A DNA stretch of 64,000 nt from Aureliella sp. (GTDB lineage: Bacteria; Planctomycetota; Planctomycetia; Pirellulales; Pirellulaceae). This document shows, piece by piece, positions 48,083-57,061 of the stretch. The DNA lies in assembly GCA_963691875.1 (NCBI GenBank), contig OY829846.1, positions 3,456,001-3,520,000 on the forward strand. Reading direction: 5' to 3'. Each line of letters opens with the position of its first letter. Within the stretch, counting starts at the first letter, position 1. The position numbers and the translations under genes were made by a program. The notes under the pieces were generated by a model that saw nothing but the letters and a program-made list of their open reading frames with translations, ran no database searches and was not told the DNA's origin.

Positions 48083-51000
48083 ATGAACCTGTTTGAATCG
48101 TTTGTCCGCAATCCTGTGAAGGTCTCCGTGGGAGTCCTGATTGTAGTGCTGTTCGGTTCAATCTCCTTGGTGTCGATGCCTAAGCAGCTCATACCTGCGG
48201 TGCAAAACCCTATCCTTTCCGTCGAAACGCGCTGGCCTGGAGCAAGCCCACAAGAAATTGAACGCGAAATAGTTCAGGAGCAAGAGGAGCAACTCGCCGC
48301 CATCGAAGGCCTGATCAAGATGAGTTCGACGTGTCGCAATGGCGAAGGCGATATCACATTGGAGTTTGCAGTCGGAACAAATATCAATGATGCGATGACT
48401 CGAGTGAATACGCGTTTGCAACAAGTTCGTGAGTATCCAATCAGCGCGCGAGAGCCAGTCATCGAAGCCTCGAGCTCTACGGACAGCCCCATCGCTCGTT
48501 TTGCGCTGACGGCGCGACCGCCAAGTGTCAAAGAGATTCAGGCCTTTCAGGAATTGCATCCGGAACTTGCCTCTGCGCTCGAACCTGCTCGAAAGGCAAG
48601 CGACAACAGCGCCTTACGTGTCTACCGGCTGCAAACGCTCTTCAAGGAACTCGGCCAGAAGCACCCAGATCTGGTTGAGTTGCTGCCGCCAGAGGTCGAC
48701 CTACAGGAAGTTCGCAAGCTTTCGGAGAATTTGATTGAGCCTGAATTGGAACGCGTCAACGGAGTCGCGGAGGCCGACACCTACGGCGGACAAGATGAAG
48801 AGCTGCAAGTCATCGTTGATCCCGAGCGGCTCGCCGCCAGAGGACTGACGATTGGTGATGTGCGGCTCGCTCTGGCTGGCCAGAACCAAGACACTTCTGC
48901 GGGCGATCTATGGGAGAGTAAGCGACGGTGGGTCATCCGGACGCTTGGTCAGTTTCGAGATCCTGAACACGTACGACAACAGGTCCTCAGCAACGAATCC
49001 GGAACTCCAGTTTACGTCGGAGACGTTGCCGAGGTACGTGTCGACTACAAGAAGGTTGATAGTCTGTCACGACGCTATGGCTTGACCAGTAACGGTCTGA
49101 GTGTACGCCGGGCGTCCAACACGAATGTGATGGAGGTCATGGAAGGAGTCTATGCGGCGGTTAACAAGCTAAACGATGGTTTACTGAAAAGGTTGGACTT
49201 GGAGCTGTTTCAGTACTATGACGAAACGGAATACATCAAGTCAGCGATTGCGAAAGTGCAACAGAACATTTTTGTCGGCGCTTCGCTGACGATTCTGGTC
49301 TTGATGCTTTTCTTGCATCTGGGCCGAGCCACACTGCTCGCAGTTCCGTTGATCGTGGGCTGTTCCTTAGCCTCTGTCTTCGTCTCACCCTGGTTTTTTC
49401 TGGTCACTGTCGTACTGATGCTCGCTGCTGGACTATGGTTTGGGCGAGGAGCACTGGTCGTCGGCTTGGCGATCCCAGTTAGCGTGATCGGAACATTTCT
49501 GGTGCTTGGACTGCTCGGTCGATCATTGAATGTGATCAGCCTCGCAGGGCTCGCCTTTGCCGTAGGGATGCTCGTCGACAATGCCGTAGTCGTGCTTGAG
49601 AATATTTTCCGTCTGCGTGAATCCGGGATGCCGGCGAGTGAGGCAGCGACGAAAGGAAGCGCTAGTGTTGCAGGTGCTGTCGTAGCTTCCACTCTGACCA
49701 CAATTGCGGTGTTCATTCCAGTCATGTTTGTGCAGGAGACATCCGGGCAGCTATTCAAAGATATCGCGCTGGCTATCGCTGCCGCCGTAGGACTATCACT
49801 GATTGTTTCCTTCACACTGATTCCTACCGCGGCCGCCCGATTGTTTGCTCAGGCAAGCTTCAAAACAAAGGATTCCAGAAAGACTTCTGAGCAAGGAGTG
49901 GATCCGCTGGCGATTCGAATCGTCAACGCCATTGGCTCAGGTTTCTCGGACTGGTTGAGCCGCGCGACGAGTTGGATTCTATGTACTCGGACTCGATCTG
50001 CCGCATTAGTCGCTTGTATGATTCTGTTCTCAATTGGTGTCAGTTACGCCTTGTGGCCGAAGGTCGAATATTTACCGACAGGGAATCGGAATTTTGTCTT
50101 CTGTAGTCTCTCGCCGCCACCTGGGCATAACATCGAGCACTTGATTGACATGGGACGTACGCTCGAGGAGGAGACCAAGCCCTACTGGGATGTCGATGCT
50201 GACACCGTAGATCAACTTGATCTTGAATATCCAGCGATTCGATATTATTTCTACGCTGTCCGGGGCACGAGTGTGTTCATGGGCATGAGCGCGATGGACG
50301 AATCACGGGTGCGAGAACTCGTCCCTCTGATGCGCAAAGTCTCTGGTCAATTTCCGGGTACTCGAGCACTTGCCAAGCAGTCAAGTTTATTCGAACGTGG
50401 TCTAACTTCGGGGCGGACGATTGATATCGAGATCCAAGGTGGCGATCTGGTGAAGCTGATTGAAGTGGGACGTCGTGTGATGGGAGAAGTGGCGAAGGCA
50501 CTGCCAGATGCCCAAGCTTCGCCGCAGCCGAGTCTCGACCTGGCAAGTCCTGAAATACATATTCGACCAAAGCTAATTGAATCCTCCGAAATTGGTTTTA
50601 GCGCTGCGGACTTGGGTTACATGGTCGACGCCTATGTGGACGGAGCTTATGCAGGTGACTACTTCGTTGACGGAGAGAAAATTGACTTGACGATCAAAGG
50701 GCAGGATTCTTTTGCCACACGTACTCAAGACATCGAATACCTGCCAGTTACGACTCCAAACGGTCAGATTGTGCCACTCAATACGTTAGCCGACGTCGAC
50801 TACGCGAGTGGGCCTGAGTCGATTCTGCGTCGTGAACGCATGCGAGCGATCAATATTTCCGTAACACCGCCGATCACCATGGCCCTTGAAGAGGCGATGC
50901 AGCGAATCGATCAGGACATTGTCGCTAATCTGCAGGCGGAAGGCGTGATCGACAGCGAGACAATTATTCGGCTTTCGGGAACTGCTGACAAACTTCGGCA

Positions 51001-51538
51001 GGCCTGGAATGCATTGCGATGGAATTTGATCCTTGCTCTCGCCATTACGTACTTGCTGATGGCCGCACTGTTCGAATCTTGGCTCTACCCGTTCGTGATT
51101 ATTTTCACCGTACCGCTCGGAGCCGTCGGCGGAGTCCTAGGACTTTCGCTCCTCAATCTGTTCGTGTTCCAAGCTCTCGATGTCATCACCATGCTCGGGT
51201 TCATCATTTTGATCGGAACAGTAGTGAACAACCCGATCCTAATCGTGCATCAGTCCTTGAATTTCATGCGCGAGGGGGATGTGCCTCGCGAAGCCATTAC
51301 AAAGAGCGTGAAGACAAGAATTCGGCCCATCTTTATTACCACCACAACTACCGTGCTAGGTCTTTTGCCGTTGGTCCTGTTTCCCGGAGCAGGCAGCGAG
51401 CTTTATCGAGGTCTTGGCGTCGTCGTACTCGGCGGTCTGGTGCTCTCCACCGCCTTCACGCTCTTCTTGGTTCCGGCTGTATTCGTGCTCACCATCGACT
51501 TGAAGCAAGCCATAGTCACCCGGCTACAAAAGTCTTAG
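48083..51538 (+). CDS. RND efflux permease (AcrB/AcrD/AcrF family)
   Basis: WPGASPQEIE, LNVISLAGLAFAVGMLVDNAVVVLENI, GTVVNNPIL, RIRPIFITT and GSELYRGLG. Confidence 0.96.
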   Translation: MNLFESFVRNPVKVSVGVLIVVLFGSISLVSMPKQLIPAVQNPILSVETRWPGASPQEIEREIVQEQEEQLAAIEGLIKMSSTCRNGEGDITLEFAVGTNINDAMTRVNTRLQQVREYPISAREPVIEASSSTDSPIARFALTARPPSVKEIQAFQELHPELASALEPARKASDNSALRVYRLQTLFKELGQKHPDLVELLPPEVDLQEVRKLSENLIEPELERVNGVAEADTYGGQDEELQVIVDPERLAARGLTIGDVRLALAGQNQDTSAGDLWESKRRWVIRTLGQFRDPEHVRQQVLSNESGTPVYVGDVAEVRVDYKKVDSLSRRYGLTSNGLSVRRASNTNVMEVMEGVYAAVNKLNDGLLKRLDLELFQYYDETEYIKSAIAKVQQNIFVGASLTILVLMLFLHLGRATLLAVPLIVGCSLASVFVSPWFFLVTVVLMLAAGLWFGRGALVVGLAIPVSVIGTFLVLGLLGRSLNVISLAGLAFAVGMLVDNAVVVLENIFRLRESGMPASEAATKGSASVAGAVVASTLTTIAVFIPVMFVQETSGQLFKDIALAIAAAVGLSLIVSFTLIPTAAARLFAQASFKTKDSRKTSEQGVDPLAIRIVNAIGSGFSDWLSRATSWILCTRTRSAALVACMILFSIGVSYALWPKVEYLPTGNRNFVFCSLSPPPGHNIEHLIDMGRTLEEETKPYWDVDADTVDQLDLEYPAIRYYFYAVRGTSVFMGMSAMDESRVRELVPLMRKVSGQFPGTRALAKQSSLFERGLTSGRTIDIEIQGGDLVKLIEVGRRVMGEVAKALPDAQASPQPSLDLASPEIHIRPKLIESSEIGFSAADLGYMVDAYVDGAYAGDYFVDGEKIDLTIKGQDSFATRTQDIEYLPVTTPNGQIVPLNTLADVDYASGPESILRRERMRAINISVTPPITMALEEAMQRIDQDIVANLQAEGVIDSETIIRLSGTADKLRQAWNALRWNLILALAITYLLMAALFESWLYPFVIIFTVPLGAVGGVLGLSLLNLFVFQALDVITMLGFIILIGTVVNNPILIVHQSLNFMREGDVPREAITKSVKTRIRPIFITTTTTVLGLLPLVLFPGAGSELYRGLGVVVLGGLVLSTAFTLFLVPAVFVLTIDLKQAIVTRLQKS

Positions 51539-51767
51539 TGGACTTCGCAAGTCCTTCAAAGTAGGCCAGTTGTCTCCATTGGGTCCGCAGGTCCCTCGGC
51601 AAATCAGCAACTCGAGTCGGCCTTGCCACCGAACTTTAGCGTCAGCAAGATACAGCGTCGATCTCAGCTCAAGCTATCAACTAAAGATTTCACTGACAGA
51701 GCTAGTGCCACGCGGAAAGAAGTTCATGACGAATTACACTACGATGAATCGCCCTTGAAAAGACCGT

Positions 51768-52598
51768 CTAGGGCTTTTCTTCCTCGAGCCCAGGAAGGTC
51801 TGGGAGCTTGAATTCAGAAGGCTTCTCTTCAGCCTGCTCCTTTTCGCCTTCCTTTCTCTTCTTCGGATCGACGACTTGCAAAACAAGTCGAACTGGAGTG
51901 CCACGTTCTGGAATACGCTCTTCGTAAGCGGCAAACATCAAGCCGCTGTTAACATCGGAGCTCTTTAACGGGACATCCAACGTGGCGGTCGAGAAGTTTG
52001 AAACACAGATAAAATCGCCACTTTCGGCTTGATAGTGCTCTTTACCAGTGTCAGGGTCCTTCCACATCTTGCTGCCGGCAAACACAAAGTTCTCTTCAAG
52101 CGTGCCTTTCGTACCGACTTTGCGAACCCATTTCTTGGCGTCAATCGTCTTCTTCTCGCCCTTTTCGTTCTTCCAAAGCGCGTGAATTTGGATCTCGCTA
52201 CCCGTGGGAGCTTTGTACTCTGGATCCCATTGAACAGGAGTTCCCGTCTTCGCACCTACTGCCAAAAGCCCTGCATGAACAACGAAAGCCTTGCTAAACA
52301 CGGCGACCACGGACTCATGTTCCTTTGTGCCTGCCAAGCAAGCGAACATCTCGAGCTGTCCGGCCTGAAGTGCGATATAGCCATCGACCACCACGCGTTT
52401 GTTTTTCTTGTCGACCCAAACTCGACTGTTTTCGTCCAGCTTCTTCATCCCTGGAGGATCACCAAAAGTAGCATTGATCTTCTTCAACAACTCTTCGTTG
52501 TACTGCCCGTGCGCAACCGGCAGGGTGGCGCATAGGAAAGATGAAAACAAGCAAGCCACAACAAGACAACGTAGTGGCAGTGGGCGGTAAAGCGACAT
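51768..52598 (-). CDS. YdjY-domain secreted protein
   Basis: Signal peptide; LEMFACLAGTKEHESVV, VHAGLLAVGA, FVFAGS, GDFICVSNF and IPERGTPVRL. Confidence 0.8.
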   Translation of the reverse strand: MSLYRPLPLRCLVVACLFSSFLCATLPVAHGQYNEELLKKINATFGDPPGMKKLDENSRVWVDKKNKRVVVDGYIALQAGQLEMFACLAGTKEHESVVAVFSKAFVVHAGLLAVGAKTGTPVQWDPEYKAPTGSEIQIHALWKNEKGEKKTIDAKKWVRKVGTKGTLEENFVFAGSKMWKDPDTGKEHYQAESGDFICVSNFSTATLDVPLKSSDVNSGLMFAAYEERIPERGTPVRLVLQVVDPKKRKEGEKEQAEEKPSEFKLPDLPGLEEEKP

Positions 52599-52914
52599 AA
52601 TCGGACTCGCAAAAAGTTTCGACTGCGGCGTTGATGCATTACTTATAGGAACCACAATAGTGGCTCCTTGGGGTTCACGTGACCGAAGTAACGGGCTCCC
52701 CCGACTGGTAGCGACAGTATACCACTATTCGTAAAAATTCGCCTGATCCAGGGAACAGCACTGGGCTAGTCATACTTTAGCATCGATAAAGTGAGCCGAA
52801 CGCGATAGCGTCTGGCTGAACCAATAAAGCGCTGACCCGCACTAGCGCCGTCGGCTCGCAAACGGTACTGACTACGTCCCAGAGAACAGGATCGCGGCAC
52901 GGAGAAGAACTCGC

Positions 52915-54813
52915 ATGGATTGGATTAGTCCGAGCTACGCACCCAAGAAAAAAACGTCGAAGAAGACCGGCAAGATTGTGAAAGCAAAGAACCGTCGACT
53001 GCCGGGCACTCAGAAAGCTGCGGGTATGAACAAAACTTTGACTGAGAAGATTCAGTCTGCTTTGACGGAACCCACAGATGTTTGGAGTACTCCTTTTGAA
53101 GGGACTTTGGAAAAGTTGGCTTGGCCCAAGGGCGTCACAGCCGAGAGCAGTTTCTTATTTTCGGCTTTGATTCAGGAGCAAGCAGACGTTCTAGCTCTAA
53201 CCGGGATTTCTTCGAGCAAACTTGCCACAATCTTCCCTGCGATTCAGGACGGTTCCGCCGAAGAGCAGGGAGGTCAGCTAGAGCAGCAAGCATTTCACTG
53301 GCTTGAGCGAATCAATGAGTCCCCTTCGGCAGCCTTGGCCACCATTGCTTTGGCTTGGCAGATTGCTAGACATGCCGGGGAATCAGGTGGCGAGTGGCGA
53401 TCCAAGTGGATTCTGTCGGCCCTGGAGACAACTCAGTCTACTAAGCTGGATGAAGAAGCCTGTATATTGACGCGACTCGCAATTGATTGCGAACTCCCGC
53501 TACTGATGACAGTTGCGACTTCAAACTTGGATCGGACATCTTTGACCGAAGCCAGTCAAGCGATGGACAATCTGGCGGAGTACCTAGAGTGCGCATCCGA
53601 GGATTCGAGCTTTTGGATCCGTTACGGAGCAACTTGTCTTCGAGCTAATCTGGCGAGTGTTCTGCGATGCCGCGTTCTAGCTGACGCGATTGGCTTTCGT
53701 GAATGGTATGCACCTCAACAAAAAGCGATCGCCGAACTCTTGATTCATGCATCACGCTGGGCGCGTCCGGATGGCACACAGTTGCTTGCCGCGGATTCAG
53801 TGGCGCCCAAAGCTCAAGCCGTATGGGATGCGCTCGCCTTACAGACTCGCAATCCCAAGAAGCTCTCGGCAGTCATGATTTTGTCTGGCTTGGCGAAGGG
53901 AAAACGCTCGGATGCCAAAGAAAGCGTCCCGGTGACAAAACTTCCAGCATTGACGCAATACAGCGAAAGTGCTGCTTGCGCTGTTGCCCAGAGTGACTGG
54001 CGAAACAAAGGATGTCGAATAGCCGCCGAATACTCTAAAGCCAACATGTGCATCGAAGCCTTAGGACCCAAAGGGAAAACGGTTCTCGCTGGCGAGTGGA
54101 CCTTGGACGTCCTGATTGAAGGAAAGCAACAATCACAAACGGGAGACTGGCAGGAAGTTTGTTGGTTCAGCGACGAAGACGTGGATTACCTTGAGTTGGA
54201 AACTCAATTCGGAGACGGGATCCGCGTTCAGCGACAGTTTGCGTTGCTGCGTGCCGAGCGTCTGCTGTACTTATCCGATTCAGTGCTGGCAGAGAAGGAA
54301 TGCGGCTTGAGCCTGCAGAGCCGCATTCCGATGGGCTCTGCTTCTGAGTTTTCGCCAGCCGAAAAGACAACAGAAGGCTTTATCGAATCGGATGCAGGAA
54401 GAAGTCTATTGCTACCGCTTTTCTTACCAGAATGGCGGCGACAAGTATCTATCAGTAGCAGTCGCGATAGCTTCACCTCAGTCGGTAGTAGCTTGCTCAC
54501 TAAAGTGCATCAGACTTCCAAGCGTGTTTACAATCCCGTATTGATCAGCCTCTGCAGTTCGCACGCCAAGCAAGCTTTCACCTGGCGGCATTTGACCGTG
54601 GCAGACGAACTTCGCATTGTGCGTCCCGAGGAAGCCCAAGCCTTCCGAGTTCAGTTTGGAACCGACCAGTTCTTCGTGTACCGAAATCTAGACAGAGCCG
54701 TTCGACGGACAGCACTCGGGTTCCATACTTTTGATGACTTCTTCATTGGACGATTCGACTCGGAAGATGGAGAAATGGACACTATTGTTCAGGTGGAAGC
54801 AACTGCATCTTGA
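52915..54813 (+). CDS. Hypothetical protein (helical N-half, beta-rich C-half; possibly heparinase II/III-like fold)
   Basis: Long ORF with WQEVCWFSDEDVDYLELE and FTWRHLTVA motifs; the fold call is inference. Confidence 0.72.
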   Translation: MDWISPSYAPKKKTSKKTGKIVKAKNRRLPGTQKAAGMNKTLTEKIQSALTEPTDVWSTPFEGTLEKLAWPKGVTAESSFLFSALIQEQADVLALTGISSSKLATIFPAIQDGSAEEQGGQLEQQAFHWLERINESPSAALATIALAWQIARHAGESGGEWRSKWILSALETTQSTKLDEEACILTRLAIDCELPLLMTVATSNLDRTSLTEASQAMDNLAEYLECASEDSSFWIRYGATCLRANLASVLRCRVLADAIGFREWYAPQQKAIAELLIHASRWARPDGTQLLAADSVAPKAQAVWDALALQTRNPKKLSAVMILSGLAKGKRSDAKESVPVTKLPALTQYSESAACAVAQSDWRNKGCRIAAEYSKANMCIEALGPKGKTVLAGEWTLDVLIEGKQQSQTGDWQEVCWFSDEDVDYLELETQFGDGIRVQRQFALLRAERLLYLSDSVLAEKECGLSLQSRIPMGSASEFSPAEKTTEGFIESDAGRSLLLPLFLPEWRRQVSISSSRDSFTSVGSSLLTKVHQTSKRVYNPVLISLCSSHAKQAFTWRHLTVADELRIVRPEEAQAFRVQFGTDQFFVYRNLDRAVRRTALGFHTFDDFFIGRFDSEDGEMDTIVQVEATAS

Positions 54814-54846
54814 CTTAAGCAGGCTTGATTGAAGGATTTACGAACC

Positions 54847-55554
54847 ATGACCGATTCAGCCATACTCGTTCAGAACAATTGGAACTGCGTTCAAGAGGCA
54901 GTCCAGGCTGCTGCCGACGAGTCGCAGTGGGAGCAAGAGGTTCAAGTCATCGGAGTCAGCAAGTACGTCGATGCACCGCAAACAAACCTGTTAGTCCAAG
55001 CTGGCTGCCAGGAGCTGGGAGAGAACCGCCCCCAGGTCTTATGGGAAAAGTTTGACTGGTTTGCACAGGAGCACTCGACTCAGCCGCAGTGGCACATGAT
55101 CGGACATTTGCAACGCAATAAAGTGCGCCGCACTTTACCAATGCTCAAGATGATTCACTCAGTCGACAGCCTTCGGTTGGCGAAAACGCTGGAGGATGAG
55201 GCCGCGAAAATCGAACGAAGGATTGCCATTCTTGCGGAAGTCAACGTCACACAAGACGATTCAAAGACTGGAATGCCCGAAAGCGAGTTGCCTCCCTTTC
55301 TTGAGCAGATCGCTGACATGCCACACTTGGAGCTTCGAGGACTCATGGCGATGTCGACGCATTTTGCCGGCGGCGGCCAAGCCCGCGCTGAGTTCGCACA
55401 AGTCCGCGAATTACGCGATCGACTTCAGGCTGCATTCCCCAAGTTCGAACTTCGCGAACTCTCTATGGGCATGAGCGGGGATTTCCGCGAAGCCATCTTA
55501 GAAGGAGCCACACTTGTCCGCATCGGCTCCAGCCTTTGGGAAGGCATTCGCTAG
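54847..55554 (+). CDS. yggS: YggS/PLPBP pyridoxal phosphate homeostasis protein
   Basis: GVSKY, GENRPQ, WHMIGHLQRNK, HSVDS, LSMGMSGDF and VRIGS. Confidence 0.95.
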   Translation: MTDSAILVQNNWNCVQEAVQAAADESQWEQEVQVIGVSKYVDAPQTNLLVQAGCQELGENRPQVLWEKFDWFAQEHSTQPQWHMIGHLQRNKVRRTLPMLKMIHSVDSLRLAKTLEDEAAKIERRIAILAEVNVTQDDSKTGMPESELPPFLEQIADMPHLELRGLMAMSTHFAGGGQARAEFAQVRELRDRLQAAFPKFELRELSMGMSGDFREAILEGATLVRIGSSLWEGIR

Positions 55555-55624
55555 CGGATGTTAGTTAGAAAGCCTTTTCCAATAGAATTGCGACGGTAAA
55601 GTTTGGGATTTCTGGCGAATCCCA

Positions 55625-56848
55625 CTACACCATAATTATGTGACGATGCTGGGCGGAGCTGAAGAGGTTGGTGTGGTCGAACTGGTCGACGAGATGCTGA
55701 AGCTCTCGGTTCTCCTGCAAAGCGCCGACTCCGATGTTCTCGAGTGACGACGAGTGCATTCCGGAAACCAAATAGAGGTGCTTGTCACGAGTGGCTTGGT
55801 GAACCAAGGCGGCAGCGAGCGAATCATCTGCGTCGTCTTTGTTGAGCTTCTTGGCAAGAGCCACGTCATCGGCGGCTTGATCTCGCCGCAAGCGACTCAT
55901 GCTCTTGCCCATTGTTTCGTTGGCTTGCGTGCACAGTACGATGGCACCGCCGTCGGCTGTACAGCGATTTGCCACGTGAAGTGCTCGGCTGATACCTAGC
56001 CAGTTTTGATGAGCGGGTCCACCGTCGACCAAAGCGACGGTGAGGTTGCTTTCCCTGACGCTCGTCTTCCAGAGTTCGTCCATCCGCTGTTCGCAGTACT
56101 TTTCGAGAGGCTCCAGCAAGCCCGCATGAATTTCTGCGATCCGGTCGTTGCCGGCTGGAATCACCTGGATGGAAACTAGGAATCCGGCCCACATTGCAGC
56201 TTGATTTGCAAGGTCCGTCAGGTTTTCGTGAGCCTTGGGATTACCAAGCCCACCTAGGCTGTAGAATGCACCACGAGTCGCTCGATCGGAAAGTAAAGGA
56301 TAGAGGCTATAAGCACCGAGAAAGTCGAGAGCTGAAGTTGGTCGAGCGCAGGTAACCGGAATGACCACATCCGCGTCGACCAAAGTGCGATTCATGTAGA
56401 TCGGATCGGAATCACTATTTGCGGCGACGTAAGCAATCTTTTCTTCGTTGTCTGGATCATGCACTTCGATCGAGATTTCACCGCCTACAGTAGAACAGAC
56501 CTGGTTCTCCAGATCTGGCGGAAGCTGTCTTTGCTCACCAGCGAAGACAAGTTGCATATTCTCGGCCGAACACCCGCGTTCGACGAACCAGCCCAAAATG
56601 GCTGGGAGCAGCTCACCCATCGCGGGCAACAATGGGTCTATCGCAAAGACAACCGAATCTCCGGAAACCAAAGACTGGTCCAAAGAAGGAAACTCGATAG
56701 GCTCCTCGAGGGCTTTAGAAACTGCCGACGCAACATCGTCGAGCGGTTCCGCGTTGGGCTGTAAGAGGCTCGTCACTGAGTCCTTGGCCTCTAATTCCCA
56801 ACACTGATCGAACCCGAATGGAAGCTTGAGTTTGTCGCTAGTTTTCAT
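55625..56848 (-). CDS. Lactate racemase (LarA/DUF2088)-like domain protein, divergent
   Basis: ALEEPIEFPSL, EVHDPD, IYMNRTLVDADVVI and DGGAIVLCT match the LarA scaffold. Confidence 0.72.
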   Translation of the reverse strand: MKTSDKLKLPFGFDQCWELEAKDSVTSLLQPNAEPLDDVASAVSKALEEPIEFPSLDQSLVSGDSVVFAIDPLLPAMGELLPAILGWFVERGCSAENMQLVFAGEQRQLPPDLENQVCSTVGGEISIEVHDPDNEEKIAYVAANSDSDPIYMNRTLVDADVVIPVTCARPTSALDFLGAYSLYPLLSDRATRGAFYSLGGLGNPKAHENLTDLANQAAMWAGFLVSIQVIPAGNDRIAEIHAGLLEPLEKYCEQRMDELWKTSVRESNLTVALVDGGPAHQNWLGISRALHVANRCTADGGAIVLCTQANETMGKSMSRLRRDQAADDVALAKKLNKDDADDSLAAALVHQATRDKHLYLVSGMHSSSLENIGVGALQENRELQHLVDQFDHTNLFSSAQHRHIIMV

Positions 56849-57061
56849 TTTCGTGGGATGGATTCTAGATTGCCAGCATTGGTTCACGTTGCCGGCGCCT
56901 GCCGGATTTGTTACCTAAAACTCGGGAGCCTCTCATTCTATGCCAAGGCTCGGCGTTTGAAGAGGCTTCTTAACCGCGCCGCAAGCTGCGGCGACAGATT
57001 TACCACTGCGCGAGTTGGTGCCTTCACTTTCTCGCACCTTTTGGCGGCCTGGGAAAAAAAG

